DNA of 63,969 nt, filler included, from Choristocarpus tenellus KU-1152 (lineage: Eukaryota > Protista > Phaeophyceae): NCBI GenBank assembly GCA_964200185.2. It is 7 parts of 7 records of this genome, joined end to end, with 100 filler letters (N's around TTAATTAATTAA, not from the genome) between each part and the next. Parts side by side here need not be neighbours in the genome. Positions count along the whole stretch, not along the records: positions 41,598 to 52,099 come from CAXNAD020002891.1; positions 52,200 to 63,969 come from CAXNAD020002149.1; 5 more parts are not named here. One strand, 5' to 3'. This document shows, piece by piece, positions 48,403 through 59,927 of this stretch. A program made the position numbers and the translations under genes. Positions within the stretch are counted from its first letter, which is position 1. Each line of letters opens with the position of its first letter. The notes under the pieces were generated by a model, which saw nothing but the letters and a program-made list of their open reading frames with translations, did not search any database and was not told the origin of the DNA.

Positions 48403-51400
48403 ATGGAAACGATACAGGAGCTTGAGCTAGCGGTGCTGTACGCCTGCAATCCCCCTGGTGTTGGGGAAGAGGCAGCTGTTGTCAAGGCCCAGGTAACCAG
48501 TTTGGAGGACTAGGGGATGTGCTATGGTGGAGAATCAAAGAAGAAATGGTGCATCGTCGCTGCATTTATGGGTTGTGCTAGAGCGTTAGGGAGGCAGTGT
48601 CTACTGTAAATTGGCGCTACGGTTTTGTGAACCAAAGATGTTGTCGATAGGAACGCTCGACCCACCCTTAACCACCCTCACTTCACGATGACACAAATGT
48701 TTTGGTCGTACTCAGGCTACCCGTTATTGCGATGAAGTCAAGCAGAGTCCAGATGGGTGGCAAGTGGCTTTGCAGATGTTTGCCACCACAAGCCGCCCCG
48801 AAGCTCGTTTCTTCTCCCTCGGTGTCCTCCAAGAGGCGCTTGGTGCCCGGGCTGGTGTTGCGGCCCGCGTGACCCAGCACGAGAACAGACGCGTCGTCCG
48901 AGAGGTCGTGATAAACTGGCTTCGAGGGGTGGGTCCAGCAGGCTTGCAGGCACAGGAGCTGTTTGTGAAAACCAAGGTATACGGTGTTGCCGAAGTCTGA
49001 ATCTTCTTAACTGTTTTGCATCTTGATTTCGATTGCCTCCCTAGGCACGTAGGGACGGATGAACTGAATGCTGGAAGTAGATGCTTGACAGATTATCAAT
49101 GCTAGCTTCGAGGGGGGGTTAAATTGTGTAGGGAAGGGTGTATCATGGCAAAGGCCATCCCCTATTTATTTGTCCTGTAGTCATCATAACCTACCTGCCT
49201 AGTACTCATGTCATACTCTCCATGTTCCTCCGCTTGGTGAAATACTTTCATTTCCATATAATTATCCATCTTGCTACATGTAGATTAGGTGAGTTTGTTA
49301 AACTCAGTGATCTAAAAGCCCATCTAGACAAGTGTTAAAACATGTCCCCTCTACTAAAAAATTTGGGTGTGTTAGCTGCACTTGCCCAGAGTACTTTTGG
49401 CATGACACTCCATCCTCAATCCAACAGCAAAGACTGCTTGGGGATGTTTGCTTACATGATTTGTTTCTCCGCCAAGAACTTAAGCAGTATTCTCACATAC
49501 GTGCACCATTGGGTCAATGCTACGCTAACATACTTTCCACTTTTATTTCTCCCCCACCTTCCCCCGCTGTGCACACTGTCTTTGATTTGAAACTGTAGGT
49601 TGCTGTTGTGCTGGCACTGCTGGTGAAGCATGACTATCCAGAGGTCTGGCGCGACGCGTTTATGGAGCTGGAGGGTCTTCTACAGGGCGGGACGGCGTAT
49701 GTTGATGTCTACCTCCGTATTCTCGGGGCAATCGATGACGAAGTGGTGACGTTTCACGTGGATCGCTCCCCAGAGGAAGTCGAGCATAACTGCCTGATCA
49801 AGGTGAGGATTGTCTTTGTAGACTGTGGCCAAATAGGGTGCTGTGGAGCAGAGGGTGCGGGGGGGTGAGGGGGTGGGGGGGGGTCTGATGCTGTTCTGGG
49901 AAGCGTTGGGTGGTTTAAGTGTCGTTTGAGGAGGGATGTGATTGGTGCCTTGAATTCTGGTGAAGCGAATTTGGAGGGGTGCTGGATCACAACATCTTCA
50001 GGTTTCACACTACAAATTGGTTGCCTTAGATTTTCTCGCTCTATTGTCCGAACCATTTCTTCTTCAGGACAGGGGCTGAAACAAGTTGTGAACTGAAGGA
50101 ATTGTTGCTACTGATGGATACATGTGTGATAAAATTTTCAGAGTTGCCGCTGGGTGCACAGCTGGCTTCTCTGCTTGTTCTATTATTTCAGCTTAGCTGC
50201 AATGGAATCCTGGCAATTCCTCAAAGAGACTGAAAGGTCATACTGCAGAATCACTCTAGGTCAACACCTGTTGAATCATCCCAGTGTTTGTTCTTCTTAG
50301 GAATGCTATCCAGCCCGGTTCCGGTTCTTCTTGTGTTTCCCCTACTCTTAATGTTTTGGAGGTACAAACGCCTTTACACACTAGAATGCATGTCCTCTTT
50401 TGGCATATCAGCAAAATTACCACATTCAAGTACCACCTATAGGGCATAGTGAAGTGCATCTAGCATGTTCCACCAGCAGCTGTCTGGATGCCTTGCGGCG
50501 GCAGGCTAACTCTTTGATTCTGTAGTTACGGTGTTGATATCATTGTGGCTTGAATACATTACATGCTCACCTTCTTGGGTTCACTTGTAGCTTTCGATGT
50601 TGTAGTGTAACACAGGACAGCAGGCAGGATCTGTGGTGTGGCAGGGTAGCAGTCGGCCACCTCATCCCTTGACCACAGGCTCATCTAGATCAACCAAACT
50701 TCACCCACTGGGATTTTCTTTGTCAGTCACCCTTTGTGTCTCCAAGCCTGCAATAGCTAGCTTGGCTACTACACCCACCCCCTGCCCCTTCCACATGAAC
50801 GTCAGGACACAATGCGCAGCACGACAGCAATCTCTAGCATATGCCGTGTGATATACGAGGTGATAAGCACCTACAGGGTGGAGATGCCTCGGCTTGCAGC
50901 GTTTGCATTGGAGACTCTTAGCAGGTAACTGTGATTGGAATCGAGTCGCATGGTCTTAGGGGAGAAGGAGGAAAATGTGGTGATCGTCGAGGATATCGTG
51001 GGTCCTTTTGCTTCCACTCTTGCCGCCCCCCCCATCGAGATGGAACTTTGTATCCCTTGAGGGTTTGGCTCGCTGTGGTGCGCTCTAGATATACTGAAGG
51101 GTGTGTTTTATGTATGTATTTATTTATTTGTTTATACCCTTGTGTTCGTTTTTGATATCAAGTTGTTTTTTTCAATCTTCCCATCTTGCCAATGCGCTTA
51201 CTTTTCTGAAAATCGTGTTGGAGGCACAAAAGGTGGGAAGAGTTCACTTTCAAGAGATGTTTTTCTGAGCTTTTTTCTATAGCGTGAGACAGGGCAAGGA
51301 TAAGTGGGATGTGGCGAAGAGGCTTAGAACCAGATGCTTCATAGGGTTAGGGTTTGACCGTCCCTAGCCGTAGTACTTGCGTTAATGTCACGCCTAATTG

Positions 51401-52005
51401 TTTTCGGAGGGTTTAGATATCTCCCCGGCCTCACCAACCCCCTTCTGTTGGGCAAAGGTGCACCTTGCCTACTTCAAAGGACAATGAACGCTGAAACAGT
51501 ACGACGGAGATTCTGCATGCTTCAGTTGCAAGAACCACCAACTCTGTGGGAAGAATCTCTTGTGTGCCCGCCCGATGGAGCTGTTGAAAATGACATGCGT
51601 CCTTGTGAAGAGCTGCCACAATCGTACCATAGCTGCATGATGTGTGAAATCCGTTCCTGTTGAGGCCTCTCTCAACCGACCGATGCCGGAAGTCCCATAT
51701 CACACATCATTGCATGGTCAAGTGATGGGACCAATCAAGAATGAAGAAAGCTCGACCATAATGTCCTCAGACAAAAACCCAGGGAGCCTACCATGCCCTC
51801 GCATGTAAGAAACGCCTTCTCACCTCACCCCCCGTAACCCATGGCCCCCTTTTTTTTATAAATGCCTCCCAGGTACATAGGTTGGATAGAGCTGGCTCAG
51901 GTGGTCAACGACCGCTTCTTGCCTCTCTTTGGCAAATGCCTAGAGTCGGGTGAGGAACAACTAGTCCAACAGACCTGCGGGTGTATCATGGAGGTGGTCA
52001 ACAAG
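48403..52005 (+). CDS. XPOT: Exportin-T (tRNA export receptor, Xpo-t/Los1), 5' part; exons 48403-48492, 48716-48976, 49599-49802, 50806-50924, 51873-52005
   Basis: All exon phases are consistent with GT-AG. Motifs 'QATRYCDEVKQSPDGWQVALQMF', 'DYPEVWRDAF', 'YLRILGAIDDEV', 'NCLIKDTMR', 'RYIGWIELAQVVN', 'CIMEVVNK'. Truncated by the contig end. Confidence 0.9.
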
Positions 52006-52099
52006 GTCAGTGTCTGCGAGGTTTTCTACTTCACGGAGGGATTAATCCAAGTAGGCGGGAGGGGGGGGGGGGGGGGGGGGATAAGTGCGCCCCTGGTGG

Positions 52100-52199
52100 N
52101 NNNNNNNNNNNNNNNNNNNNNNNNNNNNNNNNNNNNNNNNNNNTTAATTAATTAANNNNNNNNNNNNNNNNNNNNNNNNNNNNNNNNNNNNNNNNNNNN
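52100..52199. other. Artificial contig spacer, followed by a MITE right end (52200-52250)
   Basis: 44 N + TTAATTAATTAA + 44 N. Confidence 0.99.
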
Positions 52200-52496
52200 G
52201 AAAAAAGGGTGAAAAACGGACGCCAACCCCCCCCCCCAGATACTTTGACCCTCCATCTTCTTGCGGCTAACACCTTCTTTTAGCAGATAGTGCATTATTG
52301 TTCCTTTGCGATGATCCTAGTCATACACAATTTGCACCCTTCTTCCACACCTTTCAAAAAAAATATGCTTAGAAAGTAGGGGTGCGCTGCACTCTGATGA
52401 TCACATTGTAGGATGTGCTCACATAAGGATAGAAACACAGTGGGAGTGCTGTTAATAGTGAGACTAGGTTTAGGGATAGATACGCACCAAACGCAC

Positions 52497-55400
52497 CTGA
52501 GTGAGAAAGTACTTGAGGTAGAAGATGCTGGCAACTGCGCTTACCACAACCATGATGAGGCCAAATATGACGGTTTGGCTAATTATAAACCTCTTCCGGC
52601 TCTCTCCTGGAGGGAAGTAGTCCACAGGCTTGCCATCAATTACAGAGGTAGACCTTCCCATGCAAAAGAAGGAGAGTTTGGAGATTGCGTCATCTGGCCT
52701 CTTGTAACCAATTGGGATTTACAGGATTTCAAACTGCCATGGGTTACAACACTCCAGGGTTTCTTTGTTTGGTGCTCCAACACTTTTGTGCAGGATTACG
52801 ATAATTAACTGTTGGTGGTATATTATGCCTGGAATCAAGCCCATTGTTTTCTTTCAATTCCTTTGGTGTCTTTGGTGCTCGAGGCTGGTCCTGACTGTTG
52901 TTCGCCATCATAATGGTGTAGAAAAGATTGAGTGCACTCAATCTTTTCTCAAAGAACCACTCAATGTTAAAGCAACTCTAACTCCCCAACAACTTAGCAA
53001 AACCTTGGTATCTCAGCAGGTGCGATTTGAGTGAATGTTCAACCTACAAGCAGTAATAGCGGTTTGTGCTAGGAACCAAGGGCATATATTTCCGAAAGTG
53101 ATGTGGTGTGAACAAAAGGCATTACTTATATCAATTATGCTTGCTTCAATAGAAGCTGTACTACAAAACACTCAGACAGCACCTATATTGCTTCTAGATG
53201 AATTATTTGTTCATTTAGAGGATTCTAGGAAAAAATATCTTTCTTCGTGCTCACCGTAATCCTTTGTACTGAGGCCTTGTCTGCTCCTGCTCCTCGAACC
53301 CAACCATGCCCCAGCGCATTGCATATGTTGCCTCCTTCCTCTTCCAGAATTCTGTGAAGAGCCTGGGCAAGGAATGGCAAGATATTAACCAGCGTTCTCT
53401 TCTACTTTATATACCTACTTTTGTTGGCAATGGAAGGCTATACAAAATGTGGTACACAGGAAACCAAAATTGACAGGACTTCAATCACGAGCAAATTCTG
53501 AATAAGGGGGAAGGTTCTAGAGCTCTAAGCATTTACCCCTCAACCATTAAAGACGCTGATTATACAATTAGAATACAAAGTAAGGTTCCAGCCATAAGTC
53601 ATGCTAAGGGGTCTGATAGACAAGAGAGATATCAGTATGTAGGTGTGGGTGATGTACTGTTCAGTGACCACCACATTGGGACCAACACAGTTTGTTCATC
53701 TCTCCTGTGATGTGTGGCGACATAATTTAGTGGTGCAGATCCTGGAGTGAATCCTTTTCGAAAAAAAGTAAAAAAAGTGAAAAAAAAGTTTAAGTCTAGT
53801 CTATTCATGGATGGAGCACAATTTCAATTGACTCAACTCTCAAATTATGGGTGATACGAATCTGTTGCCCGTCTGTCAGCAGGGAATGAAACTTTGCAGA
53901 TAGTATTCTTTTAACATATGGATGCTGCTCCTCTTGGTAGGCCATGCCTCAGAAAAAGCTGAGAGTGCATCATGTTGAGAAAAGCTGAAGTTGTTTGATG
54001 GACCAGAAGTACGATGGCAAAAAGGATAATGAAATTCACATAGTATAAATTCTCATAGTATAAATTCACATATTATAAATTCACATAGTATAAATTCTCA
54101 TAGTATAAATTCTCATTGTATAGTATAAATTCTCATAGAATAATAATTTCTCATTGTATAAATTCACATAATAAAAATTCACATAGCATATTTCCAACAC
54201 CAAGCTGAACCTTTCTCTGTGCCAATGAAGGTCAGTCAGGCCTTCACCAAGTGTGACATATGAGCCACGTGATTAACACTATGCAATGCTATGGGTACAT
54301 ACATGGTGGGGATGACAATTACTGTAGTTCCTCCTTTCCCCATGTACGTGGAAGCATGTTCCATTTAATCACAGAAACGTTTAGGACACTAGTTGCTGCA
54401 AGGATAGACCAAAGAGGGACATGTCGGTAGGTACTTGTTCTCAACTTAGTGTACTTCTATCATAAACAGCAGGGAAATAATGAGAACCAGTGGTGCAAGC
54501 ATCAATACTTCATTGGGTATGTATATTTCAATATATGTCAATATATGCCAATATACATCAATATACTATTGGTGGTTGTAATGCAGTATATCACTCTAGA
54601 GACTCTGGACGTTAAGGCTGTCTCACGTGCTCCAAAGGCCGATGAAGATGGAAAAGATGGCGGATCCCAGGTCATTTGGATCGTTGTCATTCATAGCCAC
54701 ATGCACCCAAGCAAGGATGCCAAAGAAACTTGCTGGCATCAACCTGCAGACTTCCACACAACCATCCCTTGGGTTAAAGCATCTTGCTTAGAAGACAGTG
54801 GAAACTCTAACACTTGGGGGAACAATTGTAAGCAGGAGAGTAGTGCCATGAGATCAGCACCTTGGTTGCGAACTAGAATTCATCCTAGCAATATCTATAC
54901 TCTAGCTTAGATAATATCATCCAAGGATGCTCCAATGTATATCAACATTGTTTCACTATGATACCAATTGAATTCACTATTAATGTACTGGGGTGCAGGG
55001 TAGTTGTGCCTAATGTAGACATTGAGCATTGAAAAAAGATCCAAGAGAAAGAGAGAGAGAGAGAGTTGGGAGGAAGAGAGAGAGCACAGGTACTCAAACT
55101 CTTTCCTCTAGCTTGCTCAGCCCCAAGTAATCTTTTTTGTGGGGTCTGTGTTGGAATCTCACCAGGTTGTGTAGTGACTTAGCCACAAGAAATATAGCCC
55201 AACCTTTTCTCCAAAGTAGTCCTTAACATCATCAATAGGCTGGTTCCAAGGAAATTGGAAGTAGTTCAACCACCTGCTCTCAACCGGGGCAAGCGAAGAT
55301 GCAGACCAGCAAGGTAGATGAAGACGTGGAGTTGTCTATTGTTGTAACAGCTGAAGTTAGGTCTATTACCAAGCATTGATTGCATCAGCGGCAGCGAGCT

Positions 55401-58400
55401 AGTGGAATTTAGGCTGTATGTCCAGAAAAGAAATATCTTTCAAAGCAAGTTGTGTTGCTGTTAGCGGTATTTCTAGTCCAGATAGGCATAGTGACCTTCT
55501 TCGTCTTTAGGATACATCCTGGGGGTCACAGATGCCAATAACATTTAAGAAGTGGTTGTACTCATGCACAGTTCTTCTATAAGCAGGTGGATTGTATCTT
55601 TGGTCAGCTCAGTCCACAGTTGAGATACAAAGAGATTGCTGACACATAAAGTGCTCTACTCTGTGACATTGTAGTGATCGCTCATTGTGTTAGAAAGTGT
55701 GTTTAAGAGTGGTGTTGTTTGAACCTACGACAGCTAGATGAGGTGAGGAGTTGGTGGAGGATATAAGTTGTTCTCATCACTGGCATTTTGTTCATACGAT
55801 ACTTTTGTAATGTCTATTGGAGTATTTGATTTTGTTTAAGCTCAATGCATAGGATTGCTGGCATATTGTGGTGGAAGCAAACAATGGTCTTATGTTGAGA
55901 AATGTTCTGGTTGGTGTTCAAGCTCTCACACACATTTAGCCTCACAACAAAAGGAGTTGGGAAATTGCTTAAGCTCATTCTACTTTTTTTTGCGTAATAT
56001 TAAAACAGTGTCAAAATGGTGAGAAAACTCTCAAAAAGACCAGCACGCTTGTAAATGTGTTCAGTTGAATATTTTCTTCTGGCAGCTTGGACACACTCCA
56101 TTGCGAACATTTCTTTTACTTCCACACTCTACTATTGCCAAACCTGATAAAATAGACATTTCTACCTTTCAAAACAAATATTAGAGGATTCATGATGGAT
56201 ACTCTGAGCTAAACCAATTTAGAGGTAGGTAGGGGTTCCATATTAAGGATCCCAAGAAAGGGCAAAACGTTATTTTGTACGATTGCAGAAAGAGCCTTTG
56301 CTGAATATAACTGTATCACTTTGTGTGTGGAAAGGGGGAATATCAATTTTGCATACACCATTGTACATATAAAGCAATGAGTGTATTGCACAGGGTGAGA
56401 AATGTGGCTTCGAGTGCAAAAGGGTCCAAACCTCCCTACTTCTCAATTGGTTTGGCTCCCTAATGGGTCTGTTGATTTAGGGTTAGGGTAAAAGAAAATA
56501 CTATAGTGTGATATTATCTACATTTAATGAGAAGAGACACCGCAGAAATACCCTCCTGCTTAAGAACTATCCTGCACCTACCTGAACTGAAGTGCCCTTA
56601 ACTCAATCTTGTCATGTAGAGGGAAGAAGGCCATTACGCACTTGGATTTAACCAGCTTGAGAACATCAAGATTACATCCCATATCTGCTTTCTTTGCCAC
56701 GAGTATACCATAACAGATCTTGAGACGATCCACCCCACGAAATGGTATCTTGATATCATTATCCTGGCCCCCATACTTCTTGTACAATAGCTCCAGTTCA
56801 GGACGGTCATATATATACTGTTGTACACACCAAAGATGGGTTCCTCATGAGCATCATTCATAGACTGTTCCACATTTATGCCATGTACTGTATATGTGCT
56901 GTATATGGTGCCTCTCTAGGTGTTTGCCCAGGTCTCAAAATTCTAGTTTGGACATATTTGTCATAACCTCATTGATGAGGTTGGTGCCAATGCTGAAAAC
57001 AATTCTGTTCCATTAGAGGCTGGATCCCAAACACTGCAGAAGAGCAGTGGGCGACATTTCTGTCTTCCAACCCATGTTGTGTAGAAACAGTTTACAACGC
57101 AATGCGTACTAAAAGAAATGCCACCATTGGGGTACTATACTGTTGATACAGTCACTTTCCTTTTCTCACCGGGGCATATATATGCTCATACGGCTCATAC
57201 TGGCATTGGTTGTGTTCATCCTGTATTTGGATTGCTCCCCACTTCCCTGGGCGTCCATGATGGCAAATTGCACGAAGGCTATTGGCATCCAGAAGAAGCA
57301 TGTATCCAATACGATCCTGGCGTGCAGGAAAAGGACAGAATTGGGAATGACCCATTGTGGAAAGATCTATGGAGGAGGTTAAGTAGCACTTGCGGCATAC
57401 TATTGCAATTTGCTTTGGTGCACTGGACATACTGTCACATAGTATGTATTTTGAAGCAGAAAAAAGAAAACTGAATCTTGAGTTCCGAAATAGTGTTCTT
57501 TGAAGTTATATTCTTTTGCACCGCTTCTCGTCCCAGTCGATCCAGAGGGCACCGGATCTTGCAATAGACTTCATCCCTTTGTACTGAGTAGTACATGCAT
57601 GTCTCCAGTCCTGAGGCGATACGAGAATTGTGTGATGAGTCGGCGAGATTGTGCAATTGGTTGGGTAGGCACAGTGTTTGTAGTATACACATCATCTCGC
57701 ACAATCCCTGCTTATGCTACACTCCATGGTTTGCCAATACTCAAGAAATTTTTTAAATCATCAAATGAGTGCAATGCCTGATTGAAGGTCATGTGGGGGA
57801 TGTGTCTGCTGCAACAGAGCAAAATTGGGGTGGATATTAGAGGTAAAAATGATACTGACCCAACACTTTGAATGAACTGTTTCGGATGGATGCACAGTGT
57901 TGCTCCCAATGAAGCAGTTAATATGACAGTAACTGCAATATATGCAGGCAGAAACATTAATCTTTGCATTAGAGGTTCTTTCTGCTCTTAGCCTCTCAAT
58001 GTTTCCTCTAGTGCTTACGAAACTGTCGCACAGCAATATGCTGGCTGTTTGCATCAGAGTTGATGATGAAATACAACTTTAACATTATCTTGTTTGCAAG
58101 AAGAGTTTGGCGAGGAAAGGGTCCGAGGTCCACAGTGTCTGTCAAGGGTCGAGTGACACCACAATTTGATTTACCTTTACCTATCTCATGATTGTCAGTG
58201 TGGGCAGTACCAAGGGCTGCTTCTCTGGCTGGGGTGGAGATTTTCGACTTGGTATGGTTTCATCGGAAGTTGCCACAACCCCCCACAATGTGTATATTAT
58301 CGTGGTGGGATTGAACTCTGACTGTGATGGAAATATTCTAGACGATGCTAAGGTGAGGCGAAAATGGGCTCAATCAATCTGCCTCGCAATCCAGCACATT

Positions 58401-59127
58401 GAAGGCAGACTGACCTCCAGCAGCCAACCTGGTGAGGATTTCCTTCAGAGAGAACATTCGCTGATAAGAGGTAAGTTCCTTGTCCTCAGTCCGGACCTCG
58501 AACACCATAACGTAGTCCCAGCTGTACCTGCTTATTGCGAAGAGGGTGTTTGAGTGAGAACCGCCCCTAGAGGGAAAATTGTCAGACGAAAAAAACACGT
58601 GCCGTCTCGAATAAAATATTGACCACTATAATAACATTTCAAAGATGGCATTATGGGTGAACCAAAACTCACCCGTTGACGCGGCGGAAAACATCCGGCT
58701 TTCGCATGCGGTTGCGGCGGAGCTCATCGATCTCTTCTCGTACTTGTGCGTCGACTTTCTCCACGTACTAACCGGGTGATATGATAAAGAGGTGTACAAA
58801 TCGACTGATCGGTGCTGAGAATGAAAAGGTATGCTCGTATGGTCGCCGCTAACGTTCGAGCTATTGTGTGAGGAATGCTAAGGCCCTACTCGGACACATA
58901 CGAAACATAACAAGTATTCAAGAAATCCTCTTCGCCAGGCATTATTCCAGAGAAATCACCTTCAGGAGAAGGTAAAGGAGCAGGAAGAGGGAACCTGATA
59001 GCCCTACGACATTCCCGATCATGCGGAGTGTGCCATTGTTTGACTGCAGCTCGTCATCGTCGGCTTCAAGAGCGAAGGCAAGCCGAAAACAAAATAGAAT
59101 CCCTAAGTGGAAAACCCATCGGCCCAT
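52497..59127 (-). CDS. Anoctamin/TMEM16 family channel or scramblase, 5' part; exons 59127-58960, 58767-58673, 58527-58415, 57610-57522, 57316-57170, 56817-56582, 55273-55163, 54743-54627, 53362-53255, 52653-52497
   Basis: Phase-consistent splicing. Hallmark motifs 'FRGVDRLKI', 'AFFPLHD', 'QPIDDVKDYFGEKVGLYFLWLSHYT', 'LWSTLFTEFWKRKEATYAMRWG', 'RPQYKG'. Confidence 0.93.
53107..53243 (+). pseudogene. recF: Bacterial recF C-terminal fragment (Rickettsiales-like) inside an anoctamin intron
   Basis: EQKALLISIMLASIEAVLQNTQTAPILLLDELFVHLEDSRKKYL spans the end of the signature motif, Walker B and D-loop of RecF. AT-rich. Confidence 0.75.
54031..54187. repeat. Minisatellite, 15-bp unit TATAAATTCWCATAG, ~10 copies (intronic)
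   Basis: Direct inspection. Confidence 0.9.
56205..56450 (+). repeat. Dispersed repeat family E, copy 2 (intronic)
   Basis: Homologous to 38640-38895. Confidence 0.8.
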
Positions 59128-59671
59128 AAGGATAGCAGAGTGATTTATCGATTGTTGTGGAGGAGTTTAGATAGGTCTAGCCATGCTGGAGTGTAACAGT
59201 CGCACAATTTACAATATAACCAATTCATACTACACTTCAAGGCATGAGTTTGCTTCTCCTAAAAAAACTCGACGCCTACAGCAATGTATGAAACCTAGAA
59301 AATAATGCAAGTCCGAAGACGAGATATTTACCCTTAAAAACGGTATCGTATATTAACAAGACCTTGAGTCCATAGTAGAACCTGAGCCGCCAAATCAACC
59401 CAACAAAAAATATTCGTAAACCACAAGTCAGCTCATGAGTTTACTGATGTTTCAGCAACAGACTGTTCCGGTGTTTGTTGCGTTTGTTGCGTTTGTTGTG
59501 CTTGTTGTGCTTCAGATGTTAAAGTATTCTATTCTTCCCCCCCTGAAAAATCAGCGGGCATGTTTATGACCCCTAAGTTCACAGTAGATGGGTGGCACTA
59601 AGCGTTACCCATACAGGCAATGTTGGGCGAAAGCCAAGTGGTAGAGGCGGACGATATAAAGTAGCAAATTG

Positions 59672-59794
59672 ACCACCACTGCTACATCTACTACTACTAC
59701 TACTACCACCACCAGCACCAGCGCCACCACCACCACTACCACCACTACAACTACTACTACCACTACTACCACTACGACCACTACGACCACCACC

Positions 59795-59829
<35 letters not shown>

Positions 59830-59850
59830 GTAGTAGTAGTAGTAGTAGTA
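59672..59850. repeat. Compound (CTA/CCA)n microsatellite ending in a (TAC)n(GTA)n palindrome
   Basis: Direct inspection. Confidence 0.9.
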
Positions 59851-59927
59851 CCTGCAGTTCTGATAGGAACCCTTTTCAAGAATATTCTACACAATTAGCA
59901 GTTTTTTGGTGAAGGTGGAAGCACTTC

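Noticed and set aside
54031-54187. Iteron- or CRISPR-like 15-bp array
   Set aside because: Simple intronic minisatellite with no rep gene or spacers.
59605-59805. Poly-valine ORF
   Set aside because: Translation of a trinucleotide microsatellite.
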